Shown in pieces: positions 9,592-17,843 of a stretch of 31,216 bases of DNA. Every line of letters starts with the position of its first letter. The first letter of the stretch is position 1. The translations under genes and the position numbers were made by a program. This stretch comes from a virus. Taxonomy: Duplodnaviria > Caudoviricetes. Under the pieces are notes generated by a model that saw only the letters and a program-made list of their open reading frames with translations, was not told the DNA's origin and searched no databases. The stretch covers positions 1-31,216 of IMG/VR virus record IMGVR_UViG_3300024354_000052. One strand, written 5' to 3'.

Positions 9592-9593
9592 AT

Positions 9594-9803
9594 GTGCTTA
9601 CCAACGCTATTCTCTTCGAGAGAGAGCTTAAGAAATTGGTCGAGGAAGAAATCGACCGGCTAAAAGAAAATCTAGTCACCGTGCCTTCCAATATGGTGGG
9701 CCCTGGTGGCATCGAATACCTTCAAGGCGCTATATCTGCGCTTCGAACGGTAGGTGATCTGATTGAACTCGCCAAGACGAAATCGGATCAAAGTTCACGA
9801 TGA
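9594..9803 (+). CDS. Small hypothetical protein (69 aa, helical)
   Basis: AGGGGG RBS; amphipathic helices with a 'YLQGAISAL' motif; fills the gap before the GroES-like gene. Confidence 0.7.
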   Translation: MLTNAILFERELKKLVEEEIDRLKENLVTVPSNMVGPGGIEYLQGAISALRTVGDLIELAKTKSDQSSR

Positions 9804-9816
9804 AAAGGGGAAAACA

Positions 9817-10212
9817 ATGCCATTTATGACTATGGAGCATTCCGTGGATCCAGCCAAGGCTATCAACGAAGCCTTGGGGGATGGCATCGAGAATACTCGC
9901 ATCTTTAACAACCAAGTTCTGGTGGCCGTTTACGTGCGACCAAAGAAGACCGCTAGCGGTATTTATCTTCCGGACGCTGTGTCTGATGAGGATAAATATC
10001 AGGGCAAAGTGGGTCTGGTGGTCGCAAAAGGCCCTACGGCCTTTGTTGACGACGAAGGAAACTGGTTCAAAGACGTCTCTGTCGATGTGGGAGATTGGGT
10101 CATTTTTAGGCCCTCCGATGGATGGAGCATCACGATCAACAATGTATTGTGTCGAATCATCGACGATACACTGATTCGTGGCAAAATCGATCGTCCGGAC
10201 AGGGTATGGTAA
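9817..10212 (+). CDS. groES: GroES/Cpn10-like co-chaperonin
   Basis: NQVLV...KKTASGIYLP mobile loop, GLVVAKGP and VDVGDWVIF motifs. ATG 9817 with an AAGGGG RBS. Confidence 0.85.
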   Translation: MPFMTMEHSVDPAKAINEALGDGIENTRIFNNQVLVAVYVRPKKTASGIYLPDAVSDEDKYQGKVGLVVAKGPTAFVDDEGNWFKDVSVDVGDWVIFRPSDGWSITINNVLCRIIDDTLIRGKIDRPDRVW

Positions 10213-10223
10213 AGGAGATCACG

Positions 10224-11105
10224 ATGTCAGAGAAAGAAGAAATCGAAGTAACTATCGATGAAGTCGAAAAGAACGACAAGGGTGCTGATTCTGAAATACG
10301 GGTAGAAGCGGAAGCGGAAAAGCCGTCTGCTCCTACCCTTGAAACCAGTATTGAAGACCTTCGTCGTCAAATCGAAGAAGAGCGTCAAGCTCGACTTGCT
10401 GCTGAAAAGCGTGCTGCCGAATTGAGCAGCACAGCTGCGAAGGCGCAAGAAGAAGTCGATAAGTCGTATTACCAAATCGTCACCAATGCTATTGATACTG
10501 TTAAGAGGGAAACCGATATCCTCAGAAACAGCTACAAGGTGGCGATGGAGACTGGTGACTTTGACCGGGCCAGCCAAGTTCACCTTGAAATGAATCGACT
10601 GATTTCCAAGCTTGATCAGCTTGAGAATGGTAAAATAGCGATGGAGGAGAAGCAGCAGAATCGCGCCCCCATCCAGCCGATTCAGCATAGCGATCCTGTC
10701 GAGCAGATGGCTTCCAATCTGTCCGAAAAGTCAGCAGCGTGGGTCAGGGCGCATCCCGAGTACGCTCGTAATCCTGCTCTGACACAAAAAATGATTGCTG
10801 CGCACCAATTTGCTATTGCAGATGGACTTGCCGCAGATACTCCGGAGTATTTCAATACTGTAGAAAGACTTCTTGGAATATCTAATGAATCCTCTTCGGC
10901 AATGTCTTCAGCCTCAGAGCCGATTCAAAGGCGTTCAGCCCCGGCTGCGGCGCCTGTTTCAAGGTCCGGAACGGCTAACGGGACTCGGCCCAATGTTGTT
11001 AGGCTGACTTCGGAAGAGCGTGAAGTGGCCCAAATGATGGGTATGTCTCCCGAAGAATACGCTAAGAACAAACTGGCACTCAAGAGAGAGGGGAAAATAC
11101 ATTGA
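10224..11105 (+). CDS. Probable capsid scaffolding protein
   Basis: Acidic N-terminus, coiled coil, and C-terminal 'VRLTSEEREVAQMMGMSPEEYAKNK' helix pair; upstream of the capsid gene. ATG 10224 with an AAGGAG RBS. Confidence 0.75.
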   Translation: MSEKEEIEVTIDEVEKNDKGADSEIRVEAEAEKPSAPTLETSIEDLRRQIEEERQARLAAEKRAAELSSTAAKAQEEVDKSYYQIVTNAIDTVKRETDILRNSYKVAMETGDFDRASQVHLEMNRLISKLDQLENGKIAMEEKQQNRAPIQPIQHSDPVEQMASNLSEKSAAWVRAHPEYARNPALTQKMIAAHQFAIADGLAADTPEYFNTVERLLGISNESSSAMSSASEPIQRRSAPAAAPVSRSGTANGTRPNVVRLTSEEREVAQMMGMSPEEYAKNKLALKREGKIH

Positions 11106-11683
11106 GCGAAGAATCCGAAACTGATTTCGCATCCAGCCGCAAGCTCACTCCCGGTAAGAGTGAAGCTTCGTCGGCCTCTTCACCTTCTCGCCCGCCCGCT
11201 AGGCAGGCTATGAGGGAGGAAGACCCGCGTGAAGCCGCAGCTAAGCGCGCTCAGGAAATCCGTAAGCACCTTGGTGGCATGGACGAAGGCATTGACGATT
11301 ATTACGTTGACCCTTCGGATATCCCTCCGGGTTGGACTTATGAGTGGAAACGTAAGACGGTGTTGGGCCAAGAAGACCCGGCCTACCAAATCGGTCTTAT
11401 GCGGCGCGGTTGGGAGTATGTCCCAGCTTCTCGCCATCCTCATATGATGCCAGACGGGTGGACGGGAAACACAATCGAGCGTAAGGGTGCTGTCCTTATG
11501 ATGCGGCCCGAAGAAATTACAAATGACGTGCGTCGTTTGGATTATCGCCGGGCACGTGAACAGGTCCGCGTGAAGGAACAGCAGCTCAGTGCCGCTCCTG
11601 ATGGGCAATTCACTCGCGACCACGATAAAGTTAAGCCCAAAATCAGCAAGGGCTATGAGCCCATGCCTATTCCTAACGACTAA
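11102..11683 (+). CDS. Hypothetical head-module protein
   Basis: 193-aa ORF overlapping the scaffold stop (TTGA), with a globular core IPPGWTYEWKR...RRGWEYVP. Start uncertain. Confidence 0.7.
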   Translation: MSEESETDFASSRKLTPGKSEASSASSPSRPPARQAMREEDPREAAAKRAQEIRKHLGGMDEGIDDYYVDPSDIPPGWTYEWKRKTVLGQEDPAYQIGLMRRGWEYVPASRHPHMMPDGWTGNTIERKGAVLMMRPEEITNDVRRLDYRRAREQVRVKEQQLSAAPDGQFTRDHDKVKPKISKGYEPMPIPND

Positions 11684-11690
11684 AAAGCCT

Positions 11691-11718
11691 TGGGGAGAGT
11701 GTTCATTCACTCTCCCTA
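11691..11718 (+). terminator. Hairpin, possible terminator
   Basis: TGGGGAGAGTG/CACTCTCCCTA stem immediately after a stop codon; weak U-tract. Confidence 0.45.
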
Positions 11719-11748
11719 TTGTAAAGCTATTCTCGGTATGTTTATAAT
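11719..11748 (+). promoter_or_regulatory. Sigma70-like promoter for the decoration/capsid operon (TTGTAA-18nt-TATAAT)
   Basis: Perfect -10 at 11743-11748 and -35 at 11719-11724. Confidence 0.6.
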
Positions 11749-11753
11749 AAAGC

Positions 11754-11815
11754 ATTCCTCCCCCGGTGTGGAGGAATTCGTTTAATCCTCGCACCTAGCC
11801 GCCCCGGCGCGCGGT
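11754..11815 (+). promoter_or_regulatory. Tandem hairpins sharing the loop CCCGGYGY in the capsid-operon leader
   Basis: ATTCCTCC-cccggtgt-GGAGGAAT (11754-11777) and GCCGC-cccggcgc-GCGGT (11798-11815). Confidence 0.6.
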
Positions 11816-11843
11816 AACGGCGCTTTCAATCGGAGGACGTTTC

Positions 11844-12473
11844 GTGGCAAACACGAATACCCCCTTCGGCTTTGCGCAGTACCAAGGCGGCGCTGGTGGG
11901 GCTCCCACCTTCGCTCAGACGGCACGGCGCATTGCCTCTACCAATACCACGCCGATTTATTTCGGCGATCCGGTTATGCCGGTCATTGGTACCGCCAATG
12001 GCTACATCACCCAGGGTTCTCCTGGCACCACGACCCTCGCGGGCGTTTTTGCGGGCTGTCAGTACGTGTCGGTTTCCCAGAAACGGACCGTTTGGTCCAA
12101 TTACTGGCCCGGCTCTGACGCGAATGGTGATGTGATTGCTTATGTGATTGACGATCCGAATGCTCGTTTCGTCGTCATGGGCAACAGCACGACCTTCAAT
12201 ATTTCTGGCACTCTTTCCGCCTATGGCTCTTCGCCTGTTGGCAAATATGCCCAGTTTGCGATCGGTTCTGGCAACTCCAGCACGGGTATTTCCGGCGCGT
12301 ACCTCAATTCTGTTGGTACGACTGTGACGTTCCCGTTTGTTGTGGTTGACCTGATCACTTCGCCTCCGGGTGCGAATGGTGCCGATCCGACTACTGCCTA
12401 TAACTGGGTTGTCGTCGGGTTCAACAACGAGTGGCTGCGCAGCAATGGCGCTGGCCCGACCGGCATCTCGTAA
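11844..12473 (+). CDS. Probable capsid decoration/cement protein
   Basis: GTG start with a GGAGGA RBS; beta-rich G/T/S/V composition; MANTNTPFGF start; immediately upstream of the major capsid gene. Confidence 0.7.
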   Translation: MANTNTPFGFAQYQGGAGGAPTFAQTARRIASTNTTPIYFGDPVMPVIGTANGYITQGSPGTTTLAGVFAGCQYVSVSQKRTVWSNYWPGSDANGDVIAYVIDDPNARFVVMGNSTTFNISGTLSAYGSSPVGKYAQFAIGSGNSSTGISGAYLNSVGTTVTFPFVVVDLITSPPGANGADPTTAYNWVVVGFNNEWLRSNGAGPTGIS

Positions 12474-12487
12474 GGAGGGCATGAACC

Positions 12488-13402
12488 ATGGCTGTTAATC
12501 TTTCGGCTATTAAGGACCTGCTCCTCCCCGGTCTGCGTGGTGTTGAAGGCAAGTACGAGATGATCCCATCTCAGTACGACAAAATCTTCACCAAGCATGA
12601 TTCCAAGATGGCGCTGGAACGTACTGCTGAAATGCGGTACCTTGGCCTCGCTCAGCTCAAGACCGAAGGCGGCCAGACCGCTTTCGACAACAGCGCGGGC
12701 GAACGCTTCGTTTATAACCAGGAGCACACGGAAATTGCGTTGGGTTACGCGATCACCCGCAAGGCGATCGACGATAACCTGTACAAGACGCAGTTCCATC
12801 CGTCGAACCTCGGTCTGATCGAGTCCTTCCAACAGACCAAGGAAATCTACGGCGCGAACATCCTGAATACGGCGACGACTTACAATGCGGCTATCGGTGG
12901 TGACGGGCAGGCTCTCTGCTCTACCTCTCACCCGATCGATGGTGGCACTGTGGCGAACCGTCCGACCACGGATGTGGACTTGAACGAAGCCACGCTGCTG
13001 AATGCCATGATTGCAGTGCGTACCAACTTTAAGGACCAAGCGGGCCTTAAGGTGTTTGCGCGCGCTCGCAAACTGGTCGTTCCGCCTCAGCTCGAACCCG
13101 TTGCGATTCGCCTGACGAAGACTGAACTTCGTCCGGGCACTGCGGATAACGATGTCAATGCCATTATGATGACGGCGGGTGGTCTGCCGGAATCCTACAT
13201 GGTCAATGACTTCTTGACCTCGCAGTACGCTTGGTTCCTGCTCACGAACATTGATGGTCTCTCCTACATGGAGCGCATCAAGTTCGAGACGGACATGCAG
13301 GTTGATTTCGTGACCGACAACCTCTTGGTCAAGGGCTACGAGCGGTACTCCTTCGGGTACTATAACTGGCGCTCGATCTATGGGTCGTTCCCGACTTCGT
13401 GA
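12488..13402 (+). CDS. Major capsid protein (HK97 fold, Mu gpT-like)
   Basis: 304 aa, strong RBS; LLLPGL, IALGYAIT, GDGQALCSTSHP, KLVVPPQL and ERYSFGYYNWRSIYGS motifs. Confidence 0.9.
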   Translation: MAVNLSAIKDLLLPGLRGVEGKYEMIPSQYDKIFTKHDSKMALERTAEMRYLGLAQLKTEGGQTAFDNSAGERFVYNQEHTEIALGYAITRKAIDDNLYKTQFHPSNLGLIESFQQTKEIYGANILNTATTYNAAIGGDGQALCSTSHPIDGGTVANRPTTDVDLNEATLLNAMIAVRTNFKDQAGLKVFARARKLVVPPQLEPVAIRLTKTELRPGTADNDVNAIMMTAGGLPESYMVNDFLTSQYAWFLLTNIDGLSYMERIKFETDMQVDFVTDNLLVKGYERYSFGYYNWRSIYGSFPTS

Positions 13403-13412
13403 TCCCCGTAAC

Positions 13413-13437
13413 AGCCCCCGGCATTTTGCTGGGGGCT
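13413..13437 (+). terminator. GC-rich hairpin after the capsid gene (terminator or mRNA stabiliser)
   Basis: AGCCCCCGGCA/TGCTGGGGGCT stem; no U-tract. Confidence 0.45.
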
Positions 13438-13457
13438 AACTCAGGAAAGGGCTAAAA

Positions 13458-13910
13458 ATGGGTGCTACGCATTTTAGCGGTCCTGTTGTTTCGGGCGATT
13501 TGCAGCAGGGTGAAACCAATGGCCCCAACCAGGGTTTTGCGGTTCTCTCACAGTCAACTTCGATCACCCAAAACAGCACGACTGCTGTTTCTTCCACGCT
13601 GTATATCCCGGCTGGTTCTCGGATTGTTGATTTCAACATCGACGTTCTGACGGCTTATAATTCTGCCACTTCTGCGACCCTGACCATCGGCACTGCTGCC
13701 GCTGGTACGCAGTATGTTGGCAGCATTGATGCCAAGACTGCCGGGCGCGCTGCGATCACTTATTCGGCGGCGCAGCTTGCAGCGATGAATGGCGTTACCG
13801 TCACTGGTACTGCCGCTGCTACCACGGCCCCCGTGGTGGTTACTGTAACCCCGGTTGGCGCGACATCTGCTGGATATGTCGTGGTGACCGTTCTTTATGT
13901 CCAGCAGTAA
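13458..13910 (+). CDS. Putative virion structural protein (beta-rich, 150 aa)
   Basis: Follows the capsid gene; THFSGPV start, IPAGSRIVD motif, T/A/V-rich. Confidence 0.7.
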   Translation: MGATHFSGPVVSGDLQQGETNGPNQGFAVLSQSTSITQNSTTAVSSTLYIPAGSRIVDFNIDVLTAYNSATSATLTIGTAAAGTQYVGSIDAKTAGRAAITYSAAQLAAMNGVTVTGTAAATTAPVVVTVTPVGATSAGYVVVTVLYVQQ

Positions 13911-13921
13911 GGAGGACCTCC

Positions 13922-14230
13922 ATGAAGGGTCGTAAGCATCGCGCAAGCGGCGGTAGGATGGATTCTCCCGCTGTCGGCACAAAAGAGTACGAACAGGATC
14001 TGGCCTCCAAGCCGGAACGTCGCGTGAATGCGCCCAAAATTATGGGTGCTGCTGAAGAGCGCAAGCGCGGCGGCAAGGCTATGGGCAAGATTCACGGTGC
14101 TGCTGCCAAGGCTCATGCGGGTCGCAAGCCCCGTAAGTCTGGTGGCCGGGCTGGTTCCAATATGAACCCGCTCTCCAGCGCCCATGCTGGCACCCCTGCA
14201 AAGGGTCGTCACACAGTCGAAATCGACTGA
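13922..14230 (+). CDS. Small basic protein with three RxxGG motifs
   Basis: AGGAGG RBS; RASGG, RKRGG and RKSGG; shares a segment with 8227..9474. Confidence 0.75.
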   Translation: MKGRKHRASGGRMDSPAVGTKEYEQDLASKPERRVNAPKIMGAAEERKRGGKAMGKIHGAAAKAHAGRKPRKSGGRAGSNMNPLSSAHAGTPAKGRHTVEID

Positions 14231-14233
14231 TCT

Positions 14234-14265
14234 AGGTGGGGGCTTCGGCCCCCATCTTTCCTTTT
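14234..14265 (+). terminator. Rho-independent terminator with C(UUCG)G tetraloop
   Basis: AGGTGGGGGC-TTCG-GCCCCCATCT followed by TTCCTTTT. Confidence 0.75.
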
Positions 14266-14275
14266 GGAGAGTGTC

Positions 14276-14539
14276 ATGGCTGGTGCTTGGACGCGTAAAG
14301 AGGGTAAGAACCCCGAAGGTGGCCTAAACGAAAAGGGTCGCGCTTCGCTGCGTGCTGAAGGTCGTGATATCAAACCGCCTGTTTCGAAAGAAGAAGCTAA
14401 CAAAAGCGAAATGGCTGCTGCTAGGCGCCGTAGCTTTTGTAAAAGGATGGAGGGCATGAAAGCTAAGCTGACATCTGCAGCTTCCGCACATGACCCGGAT
14501 AGTCGTATCAATAAGTCCCTCCGTAAGTGGGATTGCTGA
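14276..14539 (+). CDS. Small basic phage protein (RRRSFCKRM...SLRKWDC type)
   Basis: ATG 14276 with a GGAGAG RBS; motif recalled from uncultured phage hypothetical proteins. Confidence 0.75.
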   Translation: MAGAWTRKEGKNPEGGLNEKGRASLRAEGRDIKPPVSKEEANKSEMAAARRRSFCKRMEGMKAKLTSAASAHDPDSRINKSLRKWDC

Positions 14540-14540
14540 T

Positions 14541-14702
14541 ATGAAAAAGCCATTTTGGGAACGTGAAGCCCCGAAGGATGCTCAGGAAAAGCATTTGAGC
14601 CGGAAACAGGTTCAAATTGCCAAAGCGAAGGCGCGTTCTGCAGGCCGTTCATACCCCAATTTGGTGGATAACGTCGCAGCCGCTCGCATTAAGGGAAAGT
14701 GA
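14541..14702 (+). CDS. Small basic hypothetical protein (53 aa; AGRSYPNLVDN)
   Basis: Tightly packed between its neighbours; ATG at 14541. Confidence 0.65.
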   Translation: MKKPFWEREAPKDAQEKHLSRKQVQIAKAKARSAGRSYPNLVDNVAAARIKGK

Positions 14703-14703
14703 C

Positions 14704-15051
14704 ATGCAACCGAGAACCGTTTCCACCACCGATGCAACGGCTGGCACAACCTACAGCAGTCTCGTGCGTATGGATACTTGGGCTGCCGCGCAGTCGGTTA
14801 TTCAAGTGAACGTGACCGGCACCGCGACTTATACAGTCGAAACCAGCATGGATGACCCGAATAGCCCGACCAACCCGGTGGCTGTTGGTAGCATGACCTG
14901 GGTTGATGCCACCGATGCTGCAATTGTCGGCAAAAGCGCCAAGGCTACTGGCATTTTGGCTGCAACTCCGGTTTTTGTGCGGTTAAAACAGACGGCTGGC
15001 AATGGCTCATGCACGATGACCATCGCGCAGTTCGGCAACGCAACCTACTGA
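14704..15051 (+). CDS. Putative beta-sandwich virion protein (115 aa)
   Basis: ATG 14704 after AAGGGA; alternating beta-strand pattern. Confidence 0.7.
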   Translation: MQPRTVSTTDATAGTTYSSLVRMDTWAAAQSVIQVNVTGTATYTVETSMDDPNSPTNPVAVGSMTWVDATDAAIVGKSAKATGILAATPVFVRLKQTAGNGSCTMTIAQFGNATY

Positions 15052-15059
15052 GGTAAGCT

Positions 15060-15755
15060 ATGACCACGAGCGGGACCTACAATTTCGATCCATCGCTCGG
15101 CGAAATGGTATTGTATGCCTATAATCTGATTGGCATTCGAAATACGTCTATCACCCAGGAGCATATGGAAGCCGCGCGTATGGCTTCCAACATGGTTCTG
15201 GCAAATTGGTCCAACAAAGGTGTGAACCTTTGGACCGTGGATTTGCAGACGGTCACGCTGAATGCTGGCCAAGCGACCTATACGGTGCCGCAAAACACCG
15301 TGGTTATGTTGGATGCTTACATCACGGTGGATAATGGCAATTCGCAGCCGATTGACCGCCTGATCCTACCGATCAGCCGCACGGAATACGCCAGCTACCC
15401 GAATAAGGAACAGCAGGGCTTTCCTACGGTTTACTGGCAGGATCGCTTGATCAACGGCAATGTGACTTTGTGGCCCGTTCCTGATGGTCAAAGCGCTCAG
15501 TATCTGAAATATTATCGTGCCGTTCAGCTTCAAGATGTGGAATTCACTAACGGTCAAACCATTGAAATTCCATACCTGTGGCTTGATGCTTTTGCTGATG
15601 CTTTGTCCTATCGGCTTGCGCGGGTGTGGAATCCACAAATGGCGCCTGCATTGAAGCTCGTGGCTGACGAAAGCTACAATGTAGCCGACAATCAGAACGT
15701 GGAAACTGCCTCTCAATACATCACTCCGCAGGTGTCTGGGTATTATAGACCTTAA
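15060..15755 (+). CDS. Head-tail adaptor/tail tubular protein A-like
   Basis: TTSGTYNF start, WSNKGVNLW, ISRTEYASYPNK and LWPVPD motifs; position in the module. Confidence 0.65.
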   Translation: MTTSGTYNFDPSLGEMVLYAYNLIGIRNTSITQEHMEAARMASNMVLANWSNKGVNLWTVDLQTVTLNAGQATYTVPQNTVVMLDAYITVDNGNSQPIDRLILPISRTEYASYPNKEQQGFPTVYWQDRLINGNVTLWPVPDGQSAQYLKYYRAVQLQDVEFTNGQTIEIPYLWLDAFADALSYRLARVWNPQMAPALKLVADESYNVADNQNVETASQYITPQVSGYYRP

Positions 15756-15768
15756 TTGAGGAGCTGTT

Positions 15769-16275
15769 ATGGCGTACGCTTCACAAGCAGGCCGCGCTAG
15801 AACGAGCGCCAGCAACCCTCAAGCTCATGCTATATGCGACAGGTGTGGATTTCGTTATAACCATGTTAGTCTGCAATGGCAGTATGACTGGGCCGGGGCA
15901 TCCTTGATCAATAAGCGCCTTCTGGTTTGTAATACATGCTATGACACACCACAGCAACAATTGAGAGCGATCGTGGTTCCCGCCGATCCCGTGCCGATTG
16001 TTAATCCGCGTGTTGAACCCTTCGTGCAAGACGAAACCAGTACTCGTTATACATCTGGTCAAAATACGGTTGATCCTGTTACAAACATACCTGTTGTCGG
16101 TGGTGATGTTCGCATTACCCAGGATGATAAGGATCGTGTGACGCAGCAGACTGGTGAGCCTCCCGGCGGGCTTAATCAGGAGCCCGGCACTGATCCGAAT
16201 GCTCCTGGCAATAATGACCCTGGCCTGCCGTATAATAACACTGAAGTGCCGAAGACGGGACCAAATACACCATGA
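15769..16275 (+). CDS. Hypothetical protein with CxxC...CxxC zinc-binding motif
   Basis: CDRCGF and CNTCYD; GAGGAG RBS. Confidence 0.7.
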   Translation: MAYASQAGRARTSASNPQAHAICDRCGFRYNHVSLQWQYDWAGASLINKRLLVCNTCYDTPQQQLRAIVVPADPVPIVNPRVEPFVQDETSTRYTSGQNTVDPVTNIPVVGGDVRITQDDKDRVTQQTGEPPGGLNQEPGTDPNAPGNNDPGLPYNNTEVPKTGPNTP

Positions 16276-17843
16276 GCAACATTCAAATCCCGAATCTTCC
16301 TCCGGCCATTGCGCTCAATGGTTCTGAGCAGCTTGAGATTGTGCAGGCTGGCACTTCGCGCCGCACGACTGTTGCTGATGTTGCTGCGTTAAATCCAAGC
16401 CCGACTGGTCCTACGGGACAGACCGGTGCAACTGGCCCCACAGGGCCTACAGGCGCCACTGGAGCCACCGGCCCTACGGGGCAGCAGGGTGTGCAGGGCA
16501 ATGTTGGCCCGACTGGCAACCGAGGCCCCACAGGCCCCACAGGGCCAACGGGGCCGCAGGGTATTGCTGGCCCTGTAGGTCCGCAGGGCAATACCGGTCC
16601 TACTGGTCCGACTGGACCCACTGGATCTCCCGGTGCGCAGGGGCCTTTTGGGCCAACTGGACCTTTTGGGCCAACTGGTCCTACAGGGCCAACCGGTCCC
16701 ACTGGGCCAACTGGTCCGACAGGCCCAACTGGGCTTCAAGGAATTCAAGGACCAACTGGCCCTACTGGTCCGACTGGCCCTACCGGTCCTACGGGGCCGA
16801 CAGGCGCTGATTCGTTTGTCCCCGGTCCTACTGGCCCCACCGGACCTACTGGTCCTACGGGGCCTACTGGTCCAACTGGTCCAACTGGCCCTACCGGTCC
16901 TACCGGCGCTTCCGGCACTTCTGTTGGTTTGACGTTATTCCTTGATGGTGCAACGGCAACGGGACCGCAAGCATATAATTTGCTTACGATTCCAAATACT
17001 GGCGCACAAACTGTTCTTTCCATAACGACAAATGCAAGCACGGCTGTTTTGCTTGGGTCATTTGTTACGGCTGCGGGGATTCCAGGGAATTCATCTTTTG
17101 TTGGGGGTCTTTGGACACTTCAAGGTTGGATGTCTCACCAATCGGGCGGGTCAACGTATCGTTTTTGGACGGAGTTTCAGGAAGTCGCGTCCGATGGCAC
17201 GACTGTTTTGCAAACGCTTGCTACGGGTGATTATGCATCTGGAACACCTGTAGCAACAGCAACACCTACGCTTCTTGAGTATGATTTATATGTGCCAACG
17301 GCCACGCTTGGCAGCATTTCAAGCCGTATTTTGATGAATGTTTATGTGCAAGCGCAGACCGGAACGCCGACTGCAAGCTTGCGCATGCGCGACAATACGC
17401 AATCGCATCTTGTTACGACTATTGCGTACAATGTGAGTGGCCCAACTGGTCCCACCGGGCCAACTGGTCCGACTGGGCCTACTGGCCCCACTGGTCCTAC
17501 TGGGCCGACTGGTCCTACGGGCGCAGCTTCAACCGTTGCTGGTCCGACGGGGCCTACAGGCTCGGGCGTTTCATGGTCCATCAAGACATCAAACTATACT
17601 GCGGTTTCCGGCGATTGGATTTTCTGTGATAGCTCTGCTGGAGCATTAACCATCACGCTTCCAGCCACGCCTTCTGCGACCAACTACGTTTTAATTGCTT
17701 CTGGTGCTTTTGCATCAACAAACAATATTACGATTGGCAGGAATGGAAGCACGATAATGGGGCTTGCTGAAAATATGATTGTCAGTAGTCCTAATATTAG
17801 CTTCCAATTGGTTTTTGACGGTTCAACTTGGAGGCTCGCATAA
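16272..17843 (+). CDS. Collagen-like (Gly-Pro-Thr) tail fibre
   Basis: Two G-X-Y tracts flanking a globular domain; C-terminal 'TITLPATP...[12 protein letters not shown]...[12 protein letters not shown]' fibre-adaptor domain. Confidence 0.85.
   Translation: MSNIQIPNLPPAIALNGSEQLEIVQAGTSRRTTVADVAALNPSPTGPTGQTGATGPTGPTGATGATGPTGQQGVQGNVGPTGNRGPTGPTGPTGPQGIAGPVGPQGNTGPTGPTGPTGSPGAQGPFGPTGPFGPTGPTGPTGPTGPTGPTGPTGLQGIQGPTGPTGPTGPTGPTGPTGADSFVPGPTGPTGPTGPTGPTGPTGPTGPTGPTGASGTSVGLTLFLDGATATGPQAYNLLTIPNTGAQTVLSITTNASTAVLLGSFVTAAGIPGNSSFVGGLWTLQGWMSHQSGGSTYRFWTEFQEVASDGTTVLQTLATGDYASGTPVATATPTLLEYDLYVPTATLGSISSRILMNVYVQAQTGTPTASLRMRDNTQSHLVTTIAYNVSGPTGPTGPTGPTGPTGPTGPTGPTGPTGAASTVAGPTGPTGSGVSWSIKTSNYTAVSGDWIFCDSSAGALTITLPATPSATNYVLIASGAFASTNNITIGRNGSTIMGLAENMIVSSPNISFQLVFDGSTWRLA
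16407..16922 (+). repeat. Collagen repeat tract 1 (roughly 55 G-X-Y triplets, mostly GPT)
   Basis: 9-bp GGNCCNACN periodicity, interrupted once by SFVP. Confidence 0.95.
17439..17567 (+). repeat. Collagen repeat tract 2 (about 13 triplets)
   Basis: GPT repeats interrupted by STVA. Confidence 0.95.

Noticed and set aside
13400-13457. Capsid stop readthrough or frameshift extension
   Set aside because: The TGA is followed by an in-frame TAA three codons later, there is no clear slippery site, and the next gene has its own RBS.
16407-17567. Tandem 9-bp repeats as a CRISPR array or DGR template/variable repeats
   Set aside because: They are in-frame collagen codons with wobble variation, with no spacers and no cas or reverse transcriptase gene in the window.
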